Of a DNA stretch of 64,000 nucleotides, positions 1 through 11,017 are shown piece after piece. The notes below the pieces were generated by a model. That model was not told the DNA's origin. It ran no database searches and saw only the letters and a list, made by a program, of their open reading frames with translations. Source of the stretch: Gracilinanus agilis (taxonomy: Eukaryota); NCBI RefSeq assembly GCF_016433145.1, contig NC_058133.1, forward strand, positions 35,152,492-35,216,491, given 5' to 3'. The stretch's first letter is position 1. Each line of letters begins with the position of its first letter. The translations under genes were made by a program, and so were the position numbers.

Positions 1-34
<34 letters not shown>

Positions 35-620
35 AGGAGGAGGAGGAGGCGGAGGCGGAGGCGGAGGCGGCGGAGGAGGCGAAGGAGGAGGAAGTGGCAG
101 CCGGGCTGGCTCTGGGACGGACGGACAGACCGAGCGACCGAACGAAAGGAAGGACGGACGGACCGCCCTGGGCCAGGGCGCGCCCTTCCCTGCTCTCCCC
201 GGCCAGGCCCTCCACCAGGCGGCCCGCCTCCGCCCCCTCCCCCGCCCCCAGCCCCTGCCCGTCTGGCCATCCCAGCGCCCGCCCCGAGGAGTTCTACGCG
301 CGCTCGCGCGGCCCGGTGAGTTCCTGGGCCCGGGCGGGGCAGGCGGGGCTCGGGCTCCGGGCGCGGCTCGGCACGGGGGCAGGCGCGGGGCGCGTAGGGT
401 GGGGCTCTGTTTGGCAGCCCCCCGACCCTCTTCCACTGTCCCGTCCCATGTTCCTTTTCCCTGGGCCGGGTCGGCCCGGAAGGGAAGGGGGGTGCCGGCC
501 CTGGGCCTTCTCCAAACTCCGGTGGGGAGGAAGGAAGGAGCACGTGTGCGTGTGAGTGTGGCTCTGACGGTGACTGGCAGTGCGAAAGCAGGAGTGAGCC
601 CGCGCCGCGGGCATGTGCCC
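1..620 (+). promoter_or_regulatory. ELOVL1: CpG island containing non-coding exon 1 of ELOVL1 (exon ends at 315; donor CCG|GTGAGT at 316)
   Basis: Very high GC and CpG density, a consensus donor at 316-321, and a matching acceptor at 2691-2692 just upstream of the ELOVL1 ATG. The TSS may lie at or before base 1. Confidence 0.75.
3..95 (+). repeat. (GGC)10(GGA)5 followed by a degenerate GGC/GAG triplet repeat
   Basis: Read directly: GGC x10 at 3-32, GGA x5 at 33-47, then mixed GGCGGA units. Confidence 0.95.
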
Positions 621-2049
621 GGAGGCCGCGGGGAAGGGGGGGCACAAACTTCTCCTTTGGGTGGCGCCCAGCTTTGTCCGGCATTCTAGGCCTCTGGCCC
701 CTCCAGCTGTGTCAGCCTTCCTGGCTCCCTCTTCAGGCCGGGGGATGATGAAGGGCAGGGAGGAGTGGGGGGCCCTAGCCTGGGCCTGGCAGCCTGGAAG
801 CCTGTCAGCTGACTGCCCACAAGTTTTGGCTGAACACCTGCAGGGGAGCCCCCTGACGCTGCAGGCTTGGACAGTGCCCCTCCTCCCCTTGTGGGGGGCC
901 GGGGCAGGCAGTTTGGGGCCTGCCCATCTCCTTGGGATGCTGGACAACTGTTCTGGGGTGTGCCAGGCACCCAGTGTGCAAAGTCCTCTGGGCCCCTTGC
1001 TCTGGGCTTGGGTCTGGCATTTATTCTCAGGAATGCATGCCCAGCTCCTGAAACACCTCTGGGGGTGCTGTGCCAGGCACTGGGCTGGGCAGAGGGCTTT
1101 ACCTATACTCAGGGAACCAGCCTCTACACTGACAAGTCAATACAAAAGTCTAGCCGCTAGGAGGGTGGCTGTCATGGGCATGGATGGCCTCTGAGGGCCC
1201 CTCCAGCCCCAGAGGGTCCTTGGATCCCTGCCATGACCCAGCTGAGCCTCGAAAGCCACCAAAACTTAACCTGGTGTGAAGTGAAAAGGGACTCCTCTGA
1301 GGAAGTGCCAGGTCACTCTGGCTAGAGAGCCGGAAAAGGACCTACCAGCAGGAGGGAGCCAGAAGCCCTCCTTGTCTCTGGGCCTTGGGCCGGGGACATC
1401 CCTATCTTTTTCTGAATCTTTGATGCCTTCTTTACGGGTGTGCAGCCCACTTGGGGCTCCTTTGCCTTTGTTCTGTGTCTCTGGGCCTGGCTAGTGGCCA
1501 GCCAGGGAATTCCAGAGGGCCCAGAGTGGCTGCCCCTCCTCTGACATTCCTGCCTGCCCATTGGGACCCCTCCCTTCAGAAAGGGGTGATTTGGGGGTGG
1601 CTGCTCCCCTCCCCCTTACATGCCAGGGACTCCTGCCACCCACTCTGCACAGGGCAGGCCTCTGAGGGGCCCAGGGGCATCCCCCATCCTAGGGCCAGGC
1701 CTTTTTTTTTTTTTTTTTTTCTTTTGGCTTTCTGCTTTTCAGAAGTTTTATTACATAGAAAGTTTGAGCTAAGCATCTGAACTAGCCCAATGTGTCAGGG
1801 CCAAGGGAAGCCCTAGTCAGGAAAGTCAGAGCAAAGCCCCATGGGGAGAACCTGCCCCCTCCCCTGTTCTTTCTATACACTGACAGCATGGGCAGCAGCC
1901 GCTCCCAATAGCTGGACACACTAGCCACGCCTGTCCCCAGGGTTCGAGCCCGGCCATTTCCCCCGTAGCCACCAGAGAACAGGTTTGGCAGCTTCTTCTC
2001 CCATCTTCTGGCTCTCTGGCTCCAGTTCGTGGGAAATGCAGTTTGCTAG

Positions 2050-2650
2050 AAAGGCACCCCCTGCCTTCCAGCCCGGGCTCGAGGCCCTGTGCACCCCCTG
2101 CCCCGCAGGCCCCTTGGGGCTCCCAGCCTTTCCGGCCGGCCGGCAGGGCCCCCTCGAGGGGAGAGCCAGTTGGGCCAGTTGGGAATGTGGCTGGGGAGGG
2201 GTCCGGGGACCGGGACTACTACCGGGACCGGGGTAGTGAGTCCTTTCCCAATCCTGGCAGCCGGCCCCGCCCACCCGCTCCTCCCGTCCCACCCCCCGGG
2301 CCGCTGACCTGTGGCCCGGATCCTCCTCGGACCCGCCCTGCGAGGGTGGAGGGCGGGGCCGCCGCCTGATCTAGTCAGACAGGTGCAGCTGCGGGCCCTG
2401 AGCACCTCAGAACGGGCCCGGGAGAGCCAGAGGTAGGTTCGGGCTGGAGAGCCGCGGCGAGAGGCCCCCGGGAGGAGCGGAGGGAGCGAGGCCGGGGATC
2501 CAGCACGGGAGATGATGGGAAGGGAGCGCCCTCTCCACCTGTCCGGCTGGGCTTCATGGCCCCTTTCCCGGCTTCCTCCCCTGGTCGCAGCCTCCCTCCT
2601 TCGCCCCTATCCCTTGCTGCCCCCAGAGCGCCGGAGGGAAGGGCAGCGGG
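2050..2650. promoter_or_regulatory. Second CpG island in ELOVL1 intron 1; possible alternative promoter or first exons
   Basis: CpG-rich block with a GC box (GGGCGGGG near 2350) and donor-like sites GTGAGT (2236) and CAGAG|GTAGGT (2433). Confidence 0.5.
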
Positions 2651-2709
2651 AGCTGTGTGGGCCCGGGCTGACCTTCCCTCCTCCCTTCCCAGAAGCCTAG
2701 CCAGCCAGG

Positions 2710-4143
2710 ATGGAGTTCGTGGTGAACTTTTACCAGGAGGTGATGAAGAGAGCAGGTGAGAGCAGTCCCTCCAGGCAGCCCCCCCACCCCCCCCCCCCAG
2801 CCAGCCTCCCCAGGGCCTGAGCTGGTGCTCGTGTCCCCACAGACCCCAGGCTCCAGGGCTATCCCCTGATGGACACTCCGCTGCTCATGACCTCCATCCT
2901 CATCGCCTATGTGTACTTCGTTCTGTCCCTGGGGCCTCGGCTGATGGCCAATCGCAAACCGTTCCAGCTCCGAGGCTTCATGGTCATCTACAACTTCTCC
3001 CTCGTGGCTCTGTCCCTCTACATCGTGTATGAGGTGGGTCGGGGGCCCTTGCCCTTGAGGGCTGCTGTGGAACCAGAACCCACACCGCAGGGGGCATCCT
3101 GCTTGGGGGAAGGTGGGCATCCAGGGCTGAGGGACTTGGGCTTCTGGGGATGGGGAGCAACTCCTCTGACCAGCTTCTTCCTCGGCCTCAGTTCCTGATG
3201 TCTGGCTGGCTAAGCACCTACACATGGCAATGTGACCCTGTGGACTATTCTCAGAACCCCGAGGCCCTTCGGGTAAGTAGAGCCCTGGGCAGGAGTGCAG
3301 CGGGGAGCCAGGGCAGAGCCCAGGACCTAATGCTCCTTCCTCCTTCCTCCCACCCTTGCAGATGGTTCGAGTGGCTTGGCTTTTTCTTTTCTCAAAGTTC
3401 ATTGAGTTGATGGACACGGTGAGTATTTCTGTGTTTGGGGTGGACAAGGGGCAGTGCATGGGGAGGCCAAGCCTCTGCCCTGACCACTACCCGTCCCCTA
3501 CAGGTAATCTTCATTCTTCGAAAGAAGGACGGCCAGGTGACTTTCTTGCATGTCTTCCATCATTCGGTGCTGCCCTGGAGCTGGTGGTGGGGCATTAAGG
3601 TGGCCCCAGGTGAGGAGGGGATGGAGAGGAGAGGGAGAGGAGGGAGGAGGCTCAGCTCAAAGGCAGAAATGCACTGACTGTCTCCTTTGCTCCTAGGAGG
3701 AATGGGCTCCTTCCATGCCATGGTGAACTCCTCCGTCCATGTGATCATGTACCTGTACTATGGGCTGTCTGCTTTAGGCCCAGCCGCCCAGCCCTATCTC
3801 TGGTGGAAGAAGCACATGACAGCCATCCAGCTGGTGAGAGCCTGTTTCCCAGCCCTGAGCCTTCCTGCTTTGCCCCAGCTCCTTCCTAGGCTCTTGGCCC
3901 TGAGCCGGGTCCTCTCTCTCTTGCCCCCAGATCCAGTTTGTGCTGGTCTCCTTGCACATCTCTCAGTATTACTTCCTGCCCAGCTGTGACTACCAGTACC
4001 CTGTGATCATTCACCTCATCTGGATGTACGGCACCATCTTCTTTGTGCTCTTCTCCAACTTCTGGTATCATTCCTATACGAAGGGCAAGCGGCTGCCCAG
4101 GGCTGCCCAGCAGAATGGGGTGCCCAAAGTCAAGGCGAACTGA
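2710..4143 (+). CDS. ELOVL1: Very-long-chain fatty acid elongase 1, 276 aa
   Basis: Coding exons 2710-2755, 2843-3033, 3192-3272, 3362-3418, 3504-3609, 3697-3833, 3931-4143 (831 nt, all GT-AG, phases consistent). Starts [25 protein letters not shown], contains the ELO motifs [14 protein letters not shown] and HVIMYLYY, and ends in the ER-retrieval-type tail KVKAN. Confidence 0.97.
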
Positions 4144-4681
4144 GCCAGGCTGGTCTCACCTGGGCCCTCGCCCACCACCTAAGTGCCTCAGGGCTGCGCC
4201 GAGGGCAGCCATTCCATTTGGGCAGGGGGTCTTGCCTATCCACAATTGGCATCTCGGTCTCTGCTGGTGGGTCACAGGACCTGGCTAGTGCAGGAGGACT
4301 GAGCCGGACCCTCCCCTCTTCCCACGAGCTGGCACACAGGGACCACAAGCACCCCCTCTCCCAGTACCTTACCCCTAACCACAGGGGCTCCCTTGCCCTC
4401 TGCCACAGCACAGCCCTGGGGGTGGGGGTGCAGCTTGAGCTGGACATGCCCCCTTCCCCCCCACCCTGGGCCAGCTTGTCTGTCTGGGGAAAGGGAATAC
4501 TCAGGGCTGGCCCCAACCACAGGCCTGTGGCCTTTTAACTTTTCTCACACTGAAGAGGTCAGCAATAATCTTCCCCTGGTCACCGGGGACTTGGTTCTCA
4601 CCCCACACATGCCCTAAAGTTGGAGGGGCTCGGGGTTGGGAGAACACGGCCCACAGGGGCTGCTCACTCACATGTGTCTTA

Positions 4682-4687
4682 ATTAAA
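4682..4687 (+). terminator. Candidate ELOVL1 polyadenylation signal (ATTAAA)
   Basis: ATTAAA about 540 nt after the ELOVL1 stop, followed by GT-containing sequence. Confidence 0.55.
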
Positions 4688-4867
4688 GTGACAGGAAACA
4701 TCAGGGGACTGGTGTGTACTATGTGGCCAAGGGAAGAGCTGGGCCGGCCCCAGCTTATTCATCTAGAAGTGTCTGAGGAGAGTGGACTTTCTCCAGTCAA
4801 GCCCTCCCAGGTGGTGCCCATATTGGGGCAGAAGAGAGGACAGTGGAGGTGGCAGGCGACACATGTC

Positions 4868-4884
4868 TTTATTAGAAAAATAAA
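4868..4884. terminator. Back-to-back poly(A) signals: AATAAA on minus (4868-4873, CDC20) and AATAAA on plus (4879-4884)
   Basis: Sequence TTTATTagaaaAATAAA; the minus-strand hexamer lies 45 nt downstream of the CDC20 stop. Confidence 0.7.
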
Positions 4885-4917
4885 ACCCAGGGAAGTGGGA
4901 GGGAGCTGGGGCCGGCC

Positions 4918-7170
4918 TCAGCGGATGCCCTGGTGGATGAGGCTGCTTTTGGCTGCACTCGCCTTCTCCCGCTCCCGCCGCTGCGCAGGATCCAGCTCAA
5001 AGCAGCGCCACAGGCGCAGGGTCTCGTCAGCAGCGGCTGAGGCCACGGTACAGCCGTCGGGGCTCATGGTCAGGCTCAGCACTCGGGCCGTGTGACCTTT
5101 GAGCTCAGCCACCTTGGCCATGCTGGGGTACTTCCAGATGACCAGCTGGTTCTGGGCAAAGCCATGGCCAGAAATGAGTTCTTTGTAGTGTGGGGACCAG
5201 AGGATAGCGCACACCTGGGACTGGGCATCCACAGCACTGAGACATGCCCCTGAGCAAACGTTCCAGATGCGGATGTGCCGGTCGCTGGTGCCACCTCCGG
5301 TGGCCAGCACGTTGGACTGCCAGGGACACCAGGCCACAGCCTAGCAGAAGAGGGGAAGAACAAGGGTTAGGAGGGCACCAACCCCACGTGGCAGCCCCCC
5401 TGCCCCAAGCTGCCCCAGCCTCTCACCTTGACTGCTCCCACATGCTGAGTGAAGGTCTGCAGGGGTCCCCAGCCCCCATCGCCAGGGGCACTGGGCCACA
5501 CGTTCACCAAGTTGTCATTGCCACCACTAGCCAGGTAACGGCCATCAGGGGACCAGCGTAGGCCACACACTTCTTGGCTGTGTCCACTCAGTGTGGCTAC
5601 ATGGTGTTCAGCCACTCGGACATCGTGGTGATGGACGTGGCCAGACCGAGACCCACTGGGAGGAGGAGATGGCTACTAAGATGGGGACTCAGAGGCCCTT
5701 CGTACCCCCAGCTGTCCAGTCCAAACAAACCTCGCCTCCCTCCCAGCAGGACCATGCATGACAAGATGTGTATGTGTGTGTGTGTGTGTGTGAGGGAAAG
5801 GGAGGACTGAGCCGGATGGATGGAGTACACTCAGAGCCTTCGGGGACGAGGGCCCAAGCTCAGACCTGGAAAGGATGTAGCTGTTCCAGGACAGGGCGCC
5901 CACACGGGCTGTGTGGCTGCTCATGTTTCGGAGCCGTTTCTGCTGCTGGACGTCCCACAGCTAGGGAGAGAGGGATCGATGATCAGAGGCCCTGTCTCAG
6001 ATTGTTGCTGCCCCTCAGGGCCCCTGGGGGTCAGGGAGGAAGATCTGGGCCTCACCTGAACCTCTGCACTGCTGGTGCCCACAGCCAGGTAGTTTCCCTC
6101 CTTGATCCAGGCCACAGAGGACACATAGTCCCCGGGCCGCTCTGTCTGCAGCAGCTGCAGGATCTCCCCGGAGCCTGCACTCCACAGGTATACTGATGTG
6201 TCCAGAGCCACAGCCAGCACGTTGCCACAGCTCCAGTCCATGAGGTTCAGGTCTAAGGCAGAGAGTAGAGGGAGGCTGCATCCAGGATTACTGACTCTCC
6301 CCATCTCGCCCTGACTCCCAAAGCTTCCCAGGGCCACTCACAGTAGTCATTGCGGATCTCGGGGGCGTCTAGGATTCGGTCAGGGAGGGAGGGGATGTAG
6401 CGACAGGTCTTCTTCCTGCTGGAGCCTGGGGTGGCCTTCTGACTATAGAGCACCCGAAGGCTGTTCTGATAGCCCTCAGGGGCATTCTGGGGCTTCCCAC
6501 TGAGCCGGAGGATCTTGGCTTCTTCCACATCGAAACCATTCAGGTTCAAGGACCAGGCTTTCTGCTGCTCCTGAGGAGGGCAGGGGTCAAGGGCAGGAGG
6601 GTCATGGACCAGCTTTCCTCCAAGAATGCCCTGCTCTTGTCTGTGGGCAGGTGACTTCCCAGTGGCTGCATGTCTTGTTCAGTGTCCCATCCACCCCCCA
6701 CCCCCCCGCCCACCTCCCCCACACACCTTCCTGGTGGGCGTGTGGTTGGCTGGTTGATTCTCCTTGCTTAGCAGGAAGCTGGCTACCTCCATCTGGGAAG
6801 TGCTTCGATGGGGGATGTAGCGATCCCCCCCGGCTTTACTGGGGGTGCTCTGTGTCTTAGAACTAGATTTGCCTGAGAAGAAAGACAGGCTGGAAGGGTT
6901 TGTCCTATCCCATGACTCCCAAGCCAGGCCACAAAGGTCTGTTCTTCACACATTCCCCCCATCCTAGCCCCAGGTCCCCTTGTCCTTACCAGGAGTCCGG
7001 CCCGGCGTTCTACTAGAGCTATGGGATCGGTTGGCCGTGCGCATTGGGGAAGGGGGTGGCCCAGGGGTTTCCTTGGCTTTGCGCTGCCATCGGGCAGGGG
7101 GTGCATTGACAATAGATGTGTCCAGCTGGAGCAGTGAATGCAGGTCATTCTCAAACACAAACTGAGCCAT
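4918..7170 (-). CDS. CDC20: Cell division cycle protein 20 (APC/C coactivator), 499 aa
   Basis: Coding exons in transcript order 7170-6990, 6872-6727, 6570-6342, 6252-6056, 5960-5866, 5655-5427, 5340-4918 (1500 nt, GT-AG). Contains the C-box DRYIPHR, KEN box, KILR motif, CRY box, WD40 repeats and the terminal IR tail (HQGIR*). Confidence 0.98.
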
Positions 7171-7239
7171 GGTACCAGACCTGGAAACAGAGGCCAGCAG
7201 TCCTCAGAGCTCTTGAGGAGACGCAGGGAAATGACCAAA

Positions 7240-7432
7240 GATGAAGCCCTCCATTGGATTGAGAGCCAGGCCTAGAGATGGGAGGTCCTGGGTTCAAATC
7301 TGGCCTCGGACACTTTCTCGCTGTGTGACCCTGGGCAAGTCACTTAACCCCTATTGCCTAGCCCTTACCGCTCTTCTGCCTTGGAGCCAATACACAGTGT
7401 TGATTCTAAAACAGAGGGTAAGGGTTTAAATA
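7240..7432 (+). mobile_element. Marsupial tRNA-derived CORE-SINE (SINE1_Mdo-like)
   Basis: Motif string GGATTGAGAGCCAGGCCTAGAG...GGTTCAAATCTGGCCTC...GTCACTTAACCC...GGTAAGGGTTTAAA, shared with about 20 other copies in the window. Confidence 0.85.
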
Positions 7433-8145
7433 CAAAACAAAACAAAAAAACTGTGGAAGGAGGTGAGGAGCCAAAGATGATGGGATGGGCACTATAGACA
7501 TAAATTGCAATTGCAGGGATAAATGTCAAAGTCCTACAACTGAGCTTAAACAATCAATAGCACAAGGACAGAAATCAGGAGAGAGCAGCCCAGAGGAGGA
7601 AATTGTAGAGCAAGGAGAAAGTCTAGGATAGATTGGACCTTTGGAAAAAGGGAGGCTAAAAATGAGAGTGGAGGCTTTATCCTACTGGAAGGAGAAAGCC
7701 TTGGAAGGCTCTGGAGGCTGGGAACTTGTTTGGAAAAATACTGCAGACTGTATTTCAACAGACTTGATTTCTTTTGTAATGCTACCCATTCTATGCATTT
7801 AAAGAAGCTTTCTGAGAAGGCATGCAGAAGGTCAATGTCAAAACATAATTAGGACTTTCAGCCTTAAGAGTATCTAGTAATAGCTAGTGTTTGCAAAGCA
7901 CTTTACATGTTATTGCACTCGACTCTCAGACTCTCATGATACCCCAAGGAGGCAGGTGCTGTTTTTTTTTTTCCTCCATCTTACAGATGAGGAAATTAAG
8001 ACCCACAATGGGAGGGTTAGTGAACTGGCTAGGGTCAACACAGCTGGCAAGTGTCAGAGGTAGCACTGGCACTGGGGACTTCCTAACTCAACACTCTGAG
8101 CTGCTATCAGATTTGTAAAGAGTAAAATGAAGAACAGGAGAGGAT

Positions 8146-8327
8146 GGGGCAGCTAGATGGTTCAGTGGATAGAGCCAGTTCTAGAGATTTGGAAGTCCTG
8201 GGTAGCTGTGTGACCCTGGGCAAGTCACTTAACCTTCATTGCCTAGCCATTACCACTTTTCTGCCTGGGACCTGATACTCAGTATTGATTCTAAGACAGA
8301 AGGTAAGGGTTTGAGGGGGAAAAAAAA
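8146..8327 (+). mobile_element. SINE1_Mdo-like SINE
   Basis: GGGGCAGCTAGATGG head, shared core, GGTAAGGGTTT plus A-rich tail. Confidence 0.85.
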
Positions 8328-8586
8328 GACAGGGAGAGAGAACTCTACTTGAAGGACACTCCAGACAACGGCAAAAAGAGGATCCAGGGGAATCTTGTGT
8401 TCAAGGGCAAGAATCAATCAAGAAAAATGTCCCAAGCACCTAATATATGCTAGGAATTGCTCTCTGGGCTGGAGCATAAAGACAAACATGGAAAAGGAGC
8501 AGTGCTCAAGAAACTAAGTCAGTGCAAAATATACATATATAGCAGGGAGGGCACCTACATCTGAGCCTATCAAGAAAAAAGTTTAG

Positions 8587-8784
8587 GAGGCAGCTGGGTA
8601 GCCCAGTGGATTGAGAGCCAGGCCTAGAGACAGGAGGTCCTAGGTTCCAATCTGGCCTCAGACATTTCCTAGCTGGGTGAGGCTGGGCAAGTCACTTGAC
8701 CCACATTGTCTAGCTCTTACCACTCTTCTGCCTTAGAACCAATACATAGTATTGATTCTAAGGTGGAAGGTAAGGGTTTAAGAA
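8587..8784 (+). mobile_element. SINE1_Mdo-like SINE with 15-bp TSD
   Basis: Full-length copy flanked by AAGAAAAAAGTTTAG at 8572-8586 and 8785-8799. Confidence 0.9.
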
Positions 8785-10109
8785 AAGAAAAAAGTTTAGT
8801 GGTTGGGGGCAGCTAGGAGGCTCAGTAGATAGAGTGACAGGCCTGGACATGGGTGATTCACCTACCCTCATTTGTTTAGCCTGTACCCTTCAGTCTCAGA
8901 GTTGTTACTAGGACAAAAAGTAAGAGTTTAAAAAAGGAAGGTGGAGTGGAGAAGACAGGGGTGAGTGGGAAGGCAGTGCAAAGGCTGGAAAGGCTGGGAC
9001 ACAGGTGTAGGAATATTAAAAGTCTGCTGAGACGTAAGTCAAATGCTATAAAAGAAGGTCAACTAGAAGAGCAATGAATGGGGAGTCACAGACTCTTGAG
9101 GATGTGGTCAGTCTACCTGCTGTGGAAAGGCTGGGAAGAGAGAGGGCAGGCAAGGAGACCAGGCAGGAGGTTGGGACATCAGTGAAGGGTAAGGAGCCTG
9201 CATCAGGGGAAGAGCTGCCCACTCTGCTGATTTGGGGAGGGGGGGTGAGGTGCCAGACTACTCCTCAGCTCTCACTACCCAGGTTCTTTCCAGGCTTTTT
9301 GACCCCAAGACAGTCCACAGGCAATAAACAAACATATGCTAAGAACCTACCTCTGTACCCCACAATGTAACTAGCTGGCAAGGCAACACTCAGGTCTGAC
9401 CATTTTTGTGGGGAAATGCTCTTATCTTTCATTCCCTCCTTCTGGTGACCCCACCAACTCCAGAAACTCCAAACTCCAGACAAAGCTGTAGTCCTCCACT
9501 ACCTATTACTTGCTTGTTAGGCATCAGGAACTGGCAGGCACCTCAGAATCAGCATCTCCCTTTCTCATAGAAAACTCCCTTCCAGAGAGGGGCTCCATCC
9601 TCCCGTCCTCATCTCCTGGCTCTTGGACTCTTCCCTGTACTCCCTACTCCTGCCACCTCTCCTGAGAAGTACTAAACCTCCTCTGGGTAAGCCTGCCTGC
9701 AGCTTCCACACAGCTACCAACAAGATCCTGCTACACATAGAAGGGGTGACCATGCCATTCCGTCTACCTAATCCAGTGGGTGTCCACTGACTTGAGCTGG
9801 TATCAAATAAATTAAAACTTCTCCAGATTGGCATTTAAAGCCCTGGCCTCCAGGACTTCAATCTACCTTCCTAGCTTTAGGAAGGAAGCTCCCCATATTA
9901 TTTTCCACCCTTCTTGTGGTTTCTCACTTCTCATCTCTGGCCTTTTGTCCACCTCCTCACCTTTATTTGCAAGTTTTTCCTCCCCCAGGCTCAGGCCAGT
10001 GGTTGCCTTTTCCATGGTTTCTTTCCTGACTTCTCCCCTCCCCCCAGTTTATTTTGGAAATAATGACCCAGTAAGCCCAAGACACATCTGTCCCTCCTTC
10101 CCTTTCTTA

Positions 10110-10300
10110 AAAAAACAAAAAACCCTTTAGTCCCCATCTTAGAATTAATACTATGTTTTGGTTCCAAGGAAAAAGAGCTAGGCAATGGGGGTGGGGTGGG
10201 GTGGTATTAAGTGACTTGCTGAGGGTCACACCAAGGGGAGTTATCTGAGGGCACATTTGAACCCAGTCTCGGCTCTCAATCCACTGAAACACCTAGCTGC
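10110..10300 (-). mobile_element. SINE1_Mdo-like SINE
   Basis: Reverse-complement core (AAGTGACTTGC...CATTTGAACCC...CTCAATCCACTGA...CTAGCTGCCC). Confidence 0.8.
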
Positions 10301-11017
10301 CCTCATTACCTCCCTTTCATGGTGCCCAAGAACAGGGATGCCCAGCTGTCCAGCCTGCTGACCATAAAACACCCTCGATTCAGGCCTGAGCCATATTGAA
10401 ATACAACTGGGAAATGTTTGCCAAAATAAAGAAGCTTCGGATAAGGCTGCATTTAAAAATCTCGAGTCTTTCCCTACAGATTGGTACCACCCGCTATGTG
10501 GGTCCAGCCCCACGGAGCATCCCACACCCAAACTCTTTCCCAAGGGCTCCAGTCCCGCAAGCCTGGTCGCAATCTTCTCCCCTCCCCAAGGTCAGGCCCT
10601 GATGCCTCCTTTCCCCTCACTTTCGGTTCTTTGCTCCAGCTACCCCCCTGCATGCGGGAAAGGAGTCCTCGTTCCAGCTGGCCATCCAGGTCTTCTGGGC
10701 CGCACCCCCTTCACGCCCCTCGCTCATTTCCAGGTAGAGTCCGCCCGCGTGGCACCGGACCAAGGAATGCTCCATTCCGCCCCAGGGAGGCCCTCGCCCC
10801 TCGGGCCGGCCGCGACTTCCTCAGACCCCAGGGACTCGGGTCCTCAGCGGCTCCCACCATCCTCCCCACGATCGTCGGAGCCTTGACTCAGCAAGCCCTC
10901 ACCTCTCTCTAACCCCAGCTCCAGTAGGGCCTCCGTCCGTCCGGAGGGCACGCAATTAGCCCATAATCCACGCTCGGACCCAAGCCCTCAATTCCCTCGC
11001 ACCCGGCCTCCTCGTAC

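Noticed and set aside
1-555. 184-aa ORF with poly-Ala/poly-Glu as a new protein or an ELOVL1 N-terminal extension
   Set aside because: It starts at GTG on the window edge and reflects the triplet repeat and GC content. Spliced 315->2693 it is out of frame with the ELOVL1 ATG and soon stops.
4918-5340. CDC20 as a processed pseudogene because of its fused exons
   Set aside because: Six coding introns, intron 1, a full CCAAT/CHR promoter, an intact 499-aa frame and the expected synteny are all present.
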